Source: an uncultured Chloroflexia bacterium (GTDB taxonomy: Bacteria > Chloroflexota > Limnocylindria > Limnocylindrales > CSP1-4). Taken from it: a DNA stretch of 64,000 nucleotides. A program made the position numbers and the translations under genes. A model generated the notes under the pieces. That model was not told the DNA's origin, did not search any database, and saw nothing but the letters and a program-made list of their open reading frames with translations. This document shows, piece by piece, positions 32,549-42,744 of the stretch (positions are counted from its first letter, which is position 1; the number at the start of each line of letters is the position of its first letter). The stretch is taken from the NCBI GenBank assembly GCA_963828165.1, contig CAWHDR010000001.1:2624001-2688000 (forward strand), read 5' to 3'.

Positions 32549-33624
32549 TTGTCGACGCCGGTGACGACGACCCCGCGCATGAAGGCACGCTGCGAGAGGA
32601 AGAACACGACGACCGGGACCGCGATCGCCAGGATCGCGCTCGCCTGGACCAACGGCGGCCGGGTCACGTACAGCGAGGCGAACTTCTGCATGCCGAGCGA
32701 CAGCGGCCACAGGTCCGGGTTGCCGCCGACGTACACGAGGGACAGCAGGAACTCGTTCCAGGCGAAGAAGAAGTGGAACAGCGTGACGGCCACGATGGCC
32801 GGGATCGCCTGGGGAACGATGACCGAGCGCAGGATCCGGAACGGGCCCGCGCCGTCGATCATCGCGGCCTCGTCCAGGTCGCGCGGGATCGTCAGGAAGT
32901 ACTGGCGGAGCAGGAAGACGTTGTAGGCGTTGGCGAAGAAGTGCGGGACGATCAGGGGCAGCCAGGTGTCGGTCCAGCCGATCCGGGTGAACAGGATGTA
33001 CGTCGGCACCAGCGTGACCTGCGAGCTGAGCATGATCGTGGCCAGCAGGATCAGGAACAGCGGGCCACGACCGGGGAACCGGAACCGGCTGAAGCCGTAG
33101 GCAACGGCGATCGCGGATCCGACCGCACCGATCGTGCTCACGACCGCGATGATCGCGGTGTTCCGGAGCAGCTTCGGGAACTCGATCTGCTCCCAGGCCA
33201 GCGCGAAGTTCTCGACCTTCGGGTCGAAGTCCCAGGCGGGGGTGAGGGTGCGCCAGCGGCCCTGCCACACGAACGTCCCGGCGCCCGGATCGGCGGGATC
33301 GATCATGAGCGACGACTCCCGCCCCTTCTCGACGATCGCCAGCTGGCGTGTCGTGCCATCGATCGGCACGGCGTAGATCGGCAGCGCCTCGCCCCCGTGC
33401 TCGAAGGTGCGTGGCGACGCCGGGTAGAGCGGCGCGCCCGGGTCTGCGACCTGGGCCTGGTCCTTGAACGCCGTGAGGGTCATGTAGGCGAGCGGCATCA
33501 GGAACGCCGACAGGAGGGCCACGGCCACGAGGAACATCCCGGCCCGGCCCGTGAAGCCACGCATCGAACGGCGAAGCGGCCCGGCCGTCGCGTAGGTGGT
33601 GCGAGGGGCTGCCGTCGCGGTCAT
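32545..33624 (-). CDS. Carbohydrate ABC transporter permease (MalG-like)
   Basis: EAA loop IPRDLDEAAMIDGA; multiple TM helices; ends GVDK. Confidence 0.93.
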   Translation of the reverse strand: MTATAAPRTTYATAGPLRRSMRGFTGRAGMFLVAVALLSAFLMPLAYMTLTAFKDQAQVADPGAPLYPASPRTFEHGGEALPIYAVPIDGTTRQLAIVEKGRESSLMIDPADPGAGTFVWQGRWRTLTPAWDFDPKVENFALAWEQIEFPKLLRNTAIIAVVSTIGAVGSAIAVAYGFSRFRFPGRGPLFLILLATIMLSSQVTLVPTYILFTRIGWTDTWLPLIVPHFFANAYNVFLLRQYFLTIPRDLDEAAMIDGAGPFRILRSVIVPQAIPAIVAVTLFHFFFAWNEFLLSLVYVGGNPDLWPLSLGMQKFASLYVTRPPLVQASAILAIAVPVVVFFLSQRAFMRGVVVTGVDK

Positions 33625-34577
33625 CGCCGCTCACCCGCGTAGAACACCCAGCGGCTCGATGACCAGAACAGCACCATCGCGAGCGCGAGGACGATCAGGA
33701 AGAGGACCCATGCGAGTGCGGATGCATAGCCGAGCTGGTTGAACGAGAAGGCTTCGCGGTAGAGGTTGACGTTGTAGAAGAGCGTCGAATCGTCCGGCTG
33801 GCCGTTCTTGAGCACATAGGCCTGGATGAAGTACTGCGACACGCCGACGCAGCTGATGAGCAGGCTGTAGAACAGGACCGGGCTGAGGAGCGGCAGGGTG
33901 ATCCGTCGGAAGGTGGTCCAGTGGCCCGCTCCGTCGACCTTCGCCGCGTCGTACAGCTCGGTGGGGACGCTCTGGAGGCCCGCCAGCGCGATGAGCATCA
34001 GGGCGCCGATCCCCCACAGGCCGATGACCCCCAGGGAGGGGAGGACCCAGAACGGATCCTGGAGCCAGTCCGGACCCGCGACGCCCACGGCCCCGAGGAT
34101 GCCGTTCATCCAGCCGGTCTCCGCGTTCAGGACGCCGGCCCAGATCAGGGTGCTCGCCACGAGCGGGATCTGGGTGGGCATGTAGAACAGGGTGCGGAAG
34201 CCGCGGCGACCGGTGAGTCGGGGCGAATTGAGGAGGACGGCCAGGCCCACCGACAGGGCGATGGTCGCGGGGACGGTCAGGATGGCGAAGCGCAGCGTGA
34301 CGCCGATCGACTCGGCGACGTGTGGATCGCTGAGCATCCTGACGTAGTTGTCCAGGCCGACGAACCGCACCGCTTCGGGTCGGCGCAGGTCGAAATCCGT
34401 CAGGCTGAAGTAGAGGGCCAAGGCCATCGGGATCATCGTGAACAGGACGAACCCGACGATCCACGGCGAGATGAAGGTGTAGCCCCAGGCGGCCTCGCGC
34501 CGGGCGGCGGTCCAGCGCCAGCGCGGCTGCGGGATGGCGGTCTCGGGGAGCGCTGAGGCGTCGGGCCGGCCGGTCAT
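33621..34577 (-). CDS. Carbohydrate ABC transporter permease (MalF-like)
   Basis: FVGLDNY, VPTELYDAAKVDGA, GYASALAWVLF. Confidence 0.93.
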   Translation of the reverse strand: MTGRPDASALPETAIPQPRWRWTAARREAAWGYTFISPWIVGFVLFTMIPMALALYFSLTDFDLRRPEAVRFVGLDNYVRMLSDPHVAESIGVTLRFAILTVPATIALSVGLAVLLNSPRLTGRRGFRTLFYMPTQIPLVASTLIWAGVLNAETGWMNGILGAVGVAGPDWLQDPFWVLPSLGVIGLWGIGALMLIALAGLQSVPTELYDAAKVDGAGHWTTFRRITLPLLSPVLFYSLLISCVGVSQYFIQAYVLKNGQPDDSTLFYNVNLYREAFSFNQLGYASALAWVLFLIVLALAMVLFWSSSRWVFYAGERR

Positions 34578-34606
34578 CTGGGGCCTCGCAGGTCGTCTGA
34601 GTGAGT

Positions 34607-34639
34607 GGGAGCGCGCCGGAGGAGATGCGGCGCGCTCCC
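34607..34639 (-). terminator. Intercistronic stem-loop after the binding-protein gene
   Basis: 12-bp perfect stem GGGAGCGCGCCG/CGGCGCGCTCCC; typical mRNA stabilising or attenuating position. Confidence 0.6.
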
Positions 34640-34656
34640 GGGTGTTCTCGGGGTGG

Positions 34657-36129
34657 CTACGGTGCCTGGTCGTACAGGCCTTGCAGCTCTGCCTGGAAGT
34701 TCTGGGCTTCGGCGGCCACGTCGAGGTCGCCGCTGCCGATGAGCGTGGCTTGCAGAGCCTTCACGGCCGCATCCGACTTGAGGAAGTTCGGCATGTCGGC
34801 TTCATGGCTTGGTACGTCGGGATACGCCAGCATGTCGAGCGCGACCTGCCAGTCGATCTTGTTCGGTGCGAATCGCTCGTCGAGCGCCGCGAAGAACGCA
34901 TCCTGCTTGCTCTTGACCGCGGGGAGTGCCCCGTAGCGTGCGATGAGCGTGTCGTTACCCAGCAGGTACTGCATGACCTCGAAGGCCTCGTCTGGATGGG
35001 CGGTCGACTTCATGATCCCGAAGGTGTCTGAATGGAGCTTGGCGGTCGTCGTCCCGTCATTGGACGGCGGGACCGCGATGTCGAAGTTCTTCGCCTGCGG
35101 TTCGCCATCTGCCGGCCACGCGCAGCACGTGTACCAGAGATGGACGAAGCTCATCGCGAGGTTACCGGACTGGAACGCGTTGTCGCTGTTCAGCAGCTCG
35201 GACGTGTTCTCGGCGCCGGACGGGATGAAGCCGTCCTTCCACATGCCGTCGTAGTACCACTGCCAGGCCGACACCCAGTTCTCGGGGACCTGAGCCTTGC
35301 CGTCATCGGCGACGAGCGATCCCGGCCCGAACTGCGTGCCCCAACCCCGCGGGTCGGTCCACTGCATGTAGTAGCCCCACTGTTCGGTGTTGTCCGCATC
35401 GAACGAGGCGCTGGTGGCGTCGTTGCCGCCCTTGTCCACGGTCAGCTTCTTGGCGAGCTCCGTCAGGGTCTCCCAGGTCCAGTCCTTGCCGTCGTACTGC
35501 TCACCGACCTTGTGCGGCGGCTCCGGCACCCCGGCCTCCTTGAAGAGGTCCTTGTTGTAGTAGATGAACGAGGGGTAGATCGCGAAGGGGATGCCGACCT
35601 GGCCGCCGAAGCCCTCGTTGTACGCGGACAGGATCGCCGGATCGATGTCGCTCAGGTCGTAGTTCGTCTTCTCGATGAACGGCTGCAGGTCGAGCAGCTG
35701 GTCGCCGTACGAGTAGAACCCGCGGAAACCCACCGGTCCGATGATGTCGGGCGGGTTGCCGGCCGCGATCTGCGTGCTGAGGATGTCGTAGGCGGTCGTG
35801 TTCTGGTAGATCTCGAGGCTGAGGGTGATCTTGTCCTGGGACTCGTTGAATGCCGTGACGACCGCCTGCTCGTCCGCGATCTGGTCCGGCTGGGCGCCCG
35901 TGCCCAGGCCGACGAACCAGCGGATCAGGACCTTGCCGTCGGCCGTGAGGCCGCCCTCACCGGTCGCGACGGGTTCCGGTGTGACGGCGACGACGCTGGG
36001 GGCCGCCGAGGCGGCGGGCGCCACGCTGCTGGGGGCTGACGGCGTGGCGCCGCCGCAGGCGGCTGCGATGAGACTGATCACGCTCGCCAACACGGCGAGC
36101 CGCCCAGATCGGGCCTGGCGAGGATCCAT
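34657..36129 (-). CDS. Sugar ABC transporter substrate-binding lipoprotein
   Basis: Lipobox AAAC-G, AAGNPPDI, IYYNKDLF; GGAGGAGG RBS. Confidence 0.92.
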   Translation of the reverse strand: MDPRQARSGRLAVLASVISLIAAACGGATPSAPSSVAPAASAAPSVVAVTPEPVATGEGGLTADGKVLIRWFVGLGTGAQPDQIADEQAVVTAFNESQDKITLSLEIYQNTTAYDILSTQIAAGNPPDIIGPVGFRGFYSYGDQLLDLQPFIEKTNYDLSDIDPAILSAYNEGFGGQVGIPFAIYPSFIYYNKDLFKEAGVPEPPHKVGEQYDGKDWTWETLTELAKKLTVDKGGNDATSASFDADNTEQWGYYMQWTDPRGWGTQFGPGSLVADDGKAQVPENWVSAWQWYYDGMWKDGFIPSGAENTSELLNSDNAFQSGNLAMSFVHLWYTCCAWPADGEPQAKNFDIAVPPSNDGTTTAKLHSDTFGIMKSTAHPDEAFEVMQYLLGNDTLIARYGALPAVKSKQDAFFAALDERFAPNKIDWQVALDMLAYPDVPSHEADMPNFLKSDAAVKALQATLIGSGDLDVAAEAQNFQAELQGLYDQAP

Positions 36130-36203
36130 CAAACGTTCCTCCTCCGGAATCTTTCGATCATCGGTTCCTTCATCATCGAATCGCTCGTTGCACACCGAGT
36201 CCC

Positions 36204-37256
36204 TCAGGGCATGGCCCTCCTCCCGCTCGAGGCGCGCCTGATCAGCTCGGTTGCCAGGACGATGTGGCGAGGGACGCGCTGTGCGTGCTCCACGTTCTCG
36301 GCGAGGAGATTGACCATCTCGCGACCCATCTCTTCGATCGGCTGGCGGATGCTGGTGAGGGCGGGACGTGTGGCCGTGGCGATCGGCGAGTCGTCGTACC
36401 CGACGACGGCGACGTCTTCCGGGACACGACGACCAGCCGACTGGAGGACACCGAGTGCGCCCACGGCCATCAGGTCCGATGCGCAGAAGACCGCGTCGAG
36501 GTCCGACGTGGTGGCGAGGAGCTGCTCCATCGCGCGCTCACCGCCGGCCTGGGTGAAGTCCCCGGTCGCGATGAGCGCCTCGTCGATCGGCATCTGCGCA
36601 TCGGCAAGACCATCGCGATAGCCAGCGAGCCGGTCGATGCCGGCGACCATGTCCCGCGGGCCGGTGATCGTGGCGATCCTCGTGCGGCCACTTTCGGCGA
36701 GATGGGCCGTCGCGCGCCGCGCCCCGTCCCGGTTGTCGGCGTCGACGTAGTTGACATCCACGCCCTTCGGCGGACGCGCCAGCACGACCAGGGGCACATT
36801 CCGGCTGGCGAGCTGCGTCGGGAGGGGGTCGTCGCCGTGGAGACTGACGAGGATGACGCCGTCCACGTGGCCGGCCGTCAGATATCGGACGGTGCGGCGC
36901 TCGTCGACCTCGTCGTCGGGCATCAGGAGGACGAGCTGCAGATCCCGAGCGGACAGTGCCGCGCTGACGCCGCGGATGAGGCGGGGAAAGAATGGATCGT
37001 TGAAGAGCCGGTGCGCCGGTTCCGTGATGACCACGGCGATCGACTCGCTGCGACGGGTGACGAGGCTGCGGGCCGCCCGGTTCGGGACGTACCCGAGTCG
37101 ATCGATGGCCTTCTCGACCGAGCGGCGAACGTCGGCGCTCACCTTGGGAGACCCGTTGACGACGCGCGAGACGGTGGCCCGGGACACGCCCGCCACCCGC
37201 GCGACCTCTTCCAGTGTCGCGACAGAGCGGGGGGTGGTGGTCTCGAGTTGCGTCAT
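36204..37256 (-). CDS. LacI family transcriptional regulator (CelR/CebR-like)
   Basis: TLEEVARVAGVSRATVSRVVN, YVPNRAARSL, VPEDVAVVGYDD, LTSIRQP. Confidence 0.95.
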   Translation of the reverse strand: MTQLETTTPRSVATLEEVARVAGVSRATVSRVVNGSPKVSADVRRSVEKAIDRLGYVPNRAARSLVTRRSESIAVVITEPAHRLFNDPFFPRLIRGVSAALSARDLQLVLLMPDDEVDERRTVRYLTAGHVDGVILVSLHGDDPLPTQLASRNVPLVVLARPPKGVDVNYVDADNRDGARRATAHLAESGRTRIATITGPRDMVAGIDRLAGYRDGLADAQMPIDEALIATGDFTQAGGERAMEQLLATTSDLDAVFCASDLMAVGALGVLQSAGRRVPEDVAVVGYDDSPIATATRPALTSIRQPIEEMGREMVNLLAENVEHAQRVPRHIVLATELIRRASSGRRAMP

Positions 37257-37283
37257 CGTCAATCAGCTCGTTCGGTCGGGGTT

Positions 37284-37344
37284 GTGAGAGCGCTCTCACG
37301 TTCCGAGACGCACCATAACACCCATTGTCAAGAGAGCGCTTACA
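37284..37344. promoter_or_regulatory. Two LacI-type operators flanking a minus-strand extended -10
   Basis: Perfect palindrome GTGAGAGCGCTCTCAC (37284-37299) and imperfect AGAGAGCGCTTACA (37331-37344); TGtTATGGT on the minus strand between them. Confidence 0.8.
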
Positions 37345-37430
37345 ACTCGCGCCGGACCGCGTGCAGCCCTCTGGTGGTCGTGGGTGCGACCGCCCACGCG
37401 CGGCCGGCGGCCGTATGCGAGACTCCCCCC

Positions 37431-38927
37431 ATGGCCATCGGGACAACCACGGGCGAGGCCGCTGCGGTGGCGCGTGACCGTTACGAAGCCGTCATCGGCA
37501 TCGAGGTCCACTGCCAGCTGCGGACGGCCTCGAAGATGTTCTGCCCCTGCTCGACGGCGTACGACGGCGCTGCCCCGAACAGCCACGTCTGCCCGGTCTG
37601 CCTGGGCCTGCCGGGCGCGCTGCCGGTCATCAACCGCCGGGCCGTGGAGCATGTCCTGGCGACCGGCCTCGCGATCGAGGCCACGACGCCGGACGCCACG
37701 CGCTGGGACCGCAAGAACTACTTCTATCCGGACCTGCCCAAGGGCTACCAGATCAGCCAGTACGACCTGCCGCTCGCCTCGGCCGGCCGTCTGGCGATCG
37801 AGACGTCGGCGGGCGCGTTCACCGTCGGGATCACGCGCGCGCACCTCGAGGAGGACACCGCGAAGCTCGTCCACGCCACGGATGCGGACGGACGCAAGGT
37901 GAGCCTCGTCGACTTCAACCGGTCCGGCGCGCCGCTGATGGAGATCGTGACCGATCCCGATATCCGCACGGCCGAGCAGGCCCGACGCTACGCCGAGGAG
38001 CTGCAGCTGCTCCTGCGTACGATCGGCGCGTCGGACGCCGACATGGAACGGGGCCAGCTGCGGGTCGAGGCGAACGTGTCGCTGCGCGAGCGCGGCACGG
38101 AGGCATTCGGGACCCGGGTCGAGGTCAAGAACATGAACTCGTTCCGTTCGGTCGAGCGGGCGATCGAATACGAGATCGACCGTCAGGCGGCCGCGCTCGA
38201 TGCCTCGGAGTCACTCGCTCAGGAGACGCGCGGCTGGTCCGACGACCGCGGCGAGACGTACCGGATGCGCTCGAAGGAGACCTCCGACGACTACCGCTAC
38301 TTCCCCGAGCCGGACCTCCCGCCCCTCCACGTGGATCCGTCCTGGCTGGAGGAACTGCGGGCTGGCCTGCCGGAGTTGCCGGCGGCGCGCCGGACCCGGT
38401 ACGGGGCGTCGTTGGGCCTCGGGCCGTATGACGCCGGGGTCCTCACGTCCGATCGCGATGCGACGGCGCTGTTCGAAGCGACCCTGGCCGCCGATCCGTC
38501 ACTCCCGGCCAAGTCGGTCGCGAACTGGGTCACGGGGGAGTACCTGCGTCTGCGCAACACCGCTGTCGCGGACGCCACCGTGCACGTCGCCGCGGCCGAG
38601 CTCGCGGCGATCGTGCGGGCCGTCGAAGCGGGCACGATCTCCCGCGCGAACGCCAAGGAGGTGTTCGAAGCCCACGTCGGTACCGGCGAGGCGGCGGCGG
38701 CCATCATCGCGGACCGCGGGTTCCGCCAGATCACCGACACGGATGCCGTCGGCGCGGCCGTGGACGACGTCATCGCGGCCAACCCGGCCGCGGTCGCCGA
38801 CTACCGGGCCGGCAAGGTCCAGGCGGTCGGCTTCCTCGTGGGCCAGGTGATGAAGGCGACGCGTGGCCAGGCCAACGCGGGCCTGGTCCAGGCCGCCGTC
38901 CGAGAGCGCCTCGACCGCACGGAGTAG
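37431..38927 (+). CDS. gatB: Asp/Glu-tRNA amidotransferase subunit B
   Basis: VIGIEVHCQL, DRKNYFYPDLPKGYQISQ, HLEEDT, EVKNMNSF, DYRYFPEPDL, FLVGQVMK. Confidence 0.98.
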   Translation: MAIGTTTGEAAAVARDRYEAVIGIEVHCQLRTASKMFCPCSTAYDGAAPNSHVCPVCLGLPGALPVINRRAVEHVLATGLAIEATTPDATRWDRKNYFYPDLPKGYQISQYDLPLASAGRLAIETSAGAFTVGITRAHLEEDTAKLVHATDADGRKVSLVDFNRSGAPLMEIVTDPDIRTAEQARRYAEELQLLLRTIGASDADMERGQLRVEANVSLRERGTEAFGTRVEVKNMNSFRSVERAIEYEIDRQAAALDASESLAQETRGWSDDRGETYRMRSKETSDDYRYFPEPDLPPLHVDPSWLEELRAGLPELPAARRTRYGASLGLGPYDAGVLTSDRDATALFEATLAADPSLPAKSVANWVTGEYLRLRNTAVADATVHVAAAELAAIVRAVEAGTISRANAKEVFEAHVGTGEAAAAIIADRGFRQITDTDAVGAAVDDVIAANPAAVADYRAGKVQAVGFLVGQVMKATRGQANAGLVQAAVRERLDRTE

Positions 38928-38935
38928 GGGAGCGC

Positions 38936-39208
38936 ATGGGACCCATCAACCTGCTCCTGTGGGGCGCCGGCGTCGCGCTCGTGGCGATCGGCTACACGCG
39001 CGCCCGGGGACCATGGTCGCGCTATCAGGCGCTCAAGGCCCAGGATGAGAACGTGGCCCGCTACGAATCGTGGCGTGGCGGCCTCCGCAACCACGAGACG
39101 ACCGGGGCGGACGTGGCGATGGCCATGCTGCGGCGCCAGGCCCAGATGGCGGGAGCCATCGCGATCGTCGGGGTCGTGCTGATCTTCCTGGGGTTCTTCA
39201 TCCGCTGA
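38936..39208 (+). CDS. Small two-TM hypothetical membrane protein
   Basis: GGAG RBS; hydrophobic ends; NVARYESWRGG central segment. Confidence 0.7.
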   Translation: MGPINLLLWGAGVALVAIGYTRARGPWSRYQALKAQDENVARYESWRGGLRNHETTGADVAMAMLRRQAQMAGAIAIVGVVLIFLGFFIR

Positions 39209-39373
39209 GAGAGCGCGTGCCCGGCGACATCCGTCCGTGATCGGGCTGGTTTTCGCGTCGCGACTCGGGCTGACGTCAGTCGATGCCTCGCTAGAATGGG
39301 TACGGGTCGACGGCCCTGGCCGCCAGCTGGCAGCCGCCCGCGACCACTCATCGGGATGGACTGGAGTGGGCGC

Positions 39374-40144
39374 GTGAGCACGATCGTCGACAAGAGCAGC
39401 ATCGGGCTGGGTGGCCGGCAGTTCCACATCGGGGTGGCCCCGGGCGAGGTCAGCACGGTCGTCCTGATGCCCGGCGACCCGTTCCGTGTCCCGCTGGTGG
39501 CCGAGTATCTGGACGACCCGGTCGATGTCGCGCACAAGCGGGAACACCGCACGATGAAGGGGACGTACCAGGGGCGCATGATCACGGTCACGTCCACGGG
39601 CATGGGCTGTCCGTCCACGGCCATCGCGGTCGAGGAGCTCGCCCGCGTCGGGGTCACCAGCTTCATCCGGGTGGGCAGCACGGGCGCCCTGCAGGAGGGC
39701 ATGGAGCCGGGTGACCTCGTCATCAGCCAGGGATCCTTTCGAAACGATGGCACGACCGATGCCTACGTGCCGAAGGGCTACCCGGCCGTGCCCGATCTCG
39801 AGATCACGCTCGAACTGGAGCGGGTCGCCCGGGAGCGCGCCCCGGCCCACGATCTCGCCGTCCACGTGGGACTCAACATCACCGACGACGCGTTCTACGC
39901 CGAGTCGCCGGAGTGGACCCAGCAGATGTCCGGTCTGGGCCTGCTCAACGTCGAGATGGAGTCGGCCGCGATGTTCGTCGTGGCGCGCCAGCGAGGGCTG
40001 CGCGCCGCGATGATCTGTGCGGTCTCGAGCAATCTCGTCGCCGGGACGAGCGTCTACGCCGAATCCGCGCACGAGCGCCTGGCCGTCGGCTGGCGCGCGA
40101 GTATCGAGACGGCGCTCGAGACGGCCGTCCGTCTCTCGCTCTAG
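39374..40144 (+). CDS. Nucleoside phosphorylase (uridine phosphorylase-like, PNP_UDP_1)
   Basis: LMPGDPFRV, STGMGCPS, IRVGSTG, NVEMESA. Confidence 0.9.
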   Translation: MSTIVDKSSIGLGGRQFHIGVAPGEVSTVVLMPGDPFRVPLVAEYLDDPVDVAHKREHRTMKGTYQGRMITVTSTGMGCPSTAIAVEELARVGVTSFIRVGSTGALQEGMEPGDLVISQGSFRNDGTTDAYVPKGYPAVPDLEITLELERVARERAPAHDLAVHVGLNITDDAFYAESPEWTQQMSGLGLLNVEMESAAMFVVARQRGLRAAMICAVSSNLVAGTSVYAESAHERLAVGWRASIETALETAVRLSL

Positions 40145-40193
40145 CCGCTCCACCGCCCGTCACCGCCCGCACCGATCGGAGGAGAGACGCCCC

Positions 40194-41162
40194 GTGGGCC
40201 TGAATCTGCACACGCATCTCGAGGGCTGGGTCCGACCGGCGACCGCGGCGGAGCTCGCCCGCGAGGCCGGTGTCGCGGAGCCCGCCGGAGGGTGGGACCG
40301 CGCCTTGCGCATGGTGTCTCCCGCGGACCTGACGGTCTACCTCGCCCACGTGGCGGCCGCCTACCCGGTCCTCGGATCGGCCGGGGGCCTGCGGCGCGTG
40401 GCGCGCGAGGCCGTGGAGGACGCCGCGGCCGACGGCTGCGACTACCTCGAGATCCGCTTCGGACCGTCCACGCACCAACGGTCCGGCTTCGACCTTGCGG
40501 CCGTCATCGCGGCGACCTGCGAAGGCCTCGCCGATGGGAGTCGCGCCACCGGCCTCCCGAGCGGACTCGTCGTCTGCCTGCTGCGCCACGACGACGACGA
40601 AACGAACCTGGCGGTCGCGCGGGCCGCCGCCGCTGCCGCCGGAGCCGGCGTCGTAGGCCTCGATGTCGCCGGCGACGAGCTCGTGTTCCCGTCGATCGCC
40701 CCGTATCGAGCGCCGTTCGCGGTCGCCGCGGCCGCCGGTCTGGGGCTGACCGCCCACGCAGCGGAGGCGGGTCCGGCGGAGAGCGTCATCGAAGCGGTCG
40801 AGGGACTCGGCGTGACCCGGATCGGGCATGGCTCGCGCGCGGCCGACGATCCGGCCATCCTGGCCTGGGCTGCCGATCACGGCGTCACCTTCGAGGTCTG
40901 CCCGACCTCGAACGTGCTCACCGGGGCGGCGCGGTCGGTTCGTGAGCATCCACTCCACGCCTTCCTGGCGGCGGGCTGCCAGGTCGTGCTGGGCGATGAC
41001 GATCCGGTCACGACCGGAAGCACGCTCGCGGCCGAGGCGCGTCTCCTCATGACGGATGGTGGCCTGAGCGACGAGCAGGTCAGCGCCATGCACCGCACGG
41101 CGTGCGAGGTCGTGTTCACTGACGCCTCGACGCGGGAGCTCCTGCGCGGACGGTTCGCCTAG
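40194..41162 (+). CDS. Adenosine/adenine deaminase family protein
   Basis: LHTHLEG, YLEIRFGP, GLDVAGDE, HAAE, RIGHG, EVCPTSN, GDDDP. Confidence 0.88.
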   Translation: MGLNLHTHLEGWVRPATAAELAREAGVAEPAGGWDRALRMVSPADLTVYLAHVAAAYPVLGSAGGLRRVAREAVEDAAADGCDYLEIRFGPSTHQRSGFDLAAVIAATCEGLADGSRATGLPSGLVVCLLRHDDDETNLAVARAAAAAAGAGVVGLDVAGDELVFPSIAPYRAPFAVAAAAGLGLTAHAAEAGPAESVIEAVEGLGVTRIGHGSRAADDPAILAWAADHGVTFEVCPTSNVLTGAARSVREHPLHAFLAAGCQVVLGDDDPVTTGSTLAAEARLLMTDGGLSDEQVSAMHRTACEVVFTDASTRELLRGRFA

Positions 41163-41632
41163 CGGCGTCCGGCGAGGCGTCGCCACTCGATCGCGGTACA
41201 GCGGTCCATCACGACCGACAGGCCGGCGTTCGCGCCGATCGCGGCCGCCTCCCAGTTCACGACGCCGAGCTGGAGCCAGAGACACGACGCGCCCGCCTCG
41301 ACGGCCTCCTTGGCGTGCGGCACGCACAGCTCCGAGCGGCGGAACACATCGACCATGTCGAACGGGCCCGTGGCCTCGACCGCCGCGGCGAGTGTCTCGA
41401 ACGCGCGAACTCCGAGGACGTCGCGTTCGTTCGGGTTCACCGGTACGCAGTCGAAATCGTTGTCGAGCAAGTAGCGGAACACCCCGAATGACGGTCGGCC
41501 GGGGTCGGACGAGGCGCCGATCACGGCGATCCGGCGGGTCGCTCGCAGGACGACCTCGATGCCGGCGTCGTCGAGGAGCCGGACGGAGCCGCGTCCTTCC
41601 TGCAGGTCGAGGAACGCCCGCGTCCTGGCCAT
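41159..41632 (-). CDS. CoA-binding protein (YccU-like)
   Basis: IAVIGASSDPGRPS, PVNP, DMVDVFR, LWLQLG, VVMDRC. Confidence 0.9.
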   Translation of the reverse strand: MARTRAFLDLQEGRGSVRLLDDAGIEVVLRATRRIAVIGASSDPGRPSFGVFRYLLDNDFDCVPVNPNERDVLGVRAFETLAAAVEATGPFDMVDVFRRSELCVPHAKEAVEAGASCLWLQLGVVNWEAAAIGANAGLSVVMDRCTAIEWRRLAGRR

Positions 41633-41655
41633 CGCCAGCGGATCCTTGCTGCTCG

Positions 41656-42744
41656 TCAGGAGGCGCCTTCCTTGACATAGGGCCGGCCAACGGCGGCCGG
41701 AGCCACGCTCCGTCCCACGACCCCGGCCAGCACGATGAGCGTGAGCAGGTACGGCATCGCCCCGAACGCATTGTTGTAGAGACTCGGGTACGCCGCCTGG
41801 ATGCCGGTCAGGAAGACGCCCAGGTCTCCCGCCGGGGGGTTGGAACGGATGGCGATGCCGAGGGCTTCGGAGAACATGAACAGCAGCGCGCCGCCGAACG
41901 CCCCGATCGGCGTCCACCGCCCGAAGATGACCGCGGCCAACGCGATGAACCCGCGGTTGGCGGTCATCCCGTTCTGGAACGACTGGTTGAACTCGAGGGT
42001 GAGCCAGGCGCCGGCCAGGCCAGCGAAGATGCCGCCCAGGATGACGTTGCGGTAGCGCAGCTTGAGGACATCGATGCCGACCGTGTCCGCTGCCCGCGGG
42101 TGCTCGCCCACGGCCCGGGTCCGCAAGCCCCATCGTGACCGGAAGAGCAGGATCTGCAGGATGATCACGAAGACGATCACCGACATCGTGATCGGCCCGA
42201 CGGCGAGGAACATCCGGAAGATCCAGCCGATGACCGGCAGGTCCACGAGGAAATCGGGCGGGCGGAAGGGATCGAGGGTGCCGGCGCTCCCGGTCGGCTT
42301 GATGAGGCGGTTGAGGTAGCCCGTCAGTCCGAGCGCGATGATGTTGATGACGGTGCCACTGATGATCTGGTCGGCGCGGACCGTGACGCACAGCCACGCA
42401 TGGAGCGCCGAGACGAGCATGCCCGCGCCGATGGCGGCCAGGATGCCGATGACCAGCGCCGGGGTGAACCCGAAGAGCGCGGTCGGCACGCTTTCGGGCA
42501 TCGCCTCATGGACGAGCATCGCCACCATGAAGCCGACGAACGCGGCCGTCAGCATCATGCCCTCGATCCCGATGTTCACGATGCCGCTTCGCTCGTTCAT
42601 GATCCCGCACAGGGCGCCGAGGGCGATCGGGGTCGCGAGCTGCAGGGTCTGGGGTGCCAGGTTCGTCGTGGTGACCGCTTCGATCAGGTAGGCGATGAAC
42701 TGCAGCACGAACCCGAGGACCGGGATGTCGAACAGGACCTCCAT
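41656..42744 (-). CDS. Nucleoside ABC transporter permease (NupC-like)
   Basis: ERSGIVNIGIEGMML, RAVGEHPRAADTVGI, GFIALAAVIFGRW, PYLLT. Confidence 0.92.
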   Translation of the reverse strand: MEVLFDIPVLGFVLQFIAYLIEAVTTTNLAPQTLQLATPIALGALCGIMNERSGIVNIGIEGMMLTAAFVGFMVAMLVHEAMPESVPTALFGFTPALVIGILAAIGAGMLVSALHAWLCVTVRADQIISGTVINIIALGLTGYLNRLIKPTGSAGTLDPFRPPDFLVDLPVIGWIFRMFLAVGPITMSVIVFVIILQILLFRSRWGLRTRAVGEHPRAADTVGIDVLKLRYRNVILGGIFAGLAGAWLTLEFNQSFQNGMTANRGFIALAAVIFGRWTPIGAFGGALLFMFSEALGIAIRSNPPAGDLGVFLTGIQAAYPSLYNNAFGAMPYLLTLIVLAGVVGRSVAPAAVGRPYVKEGAS

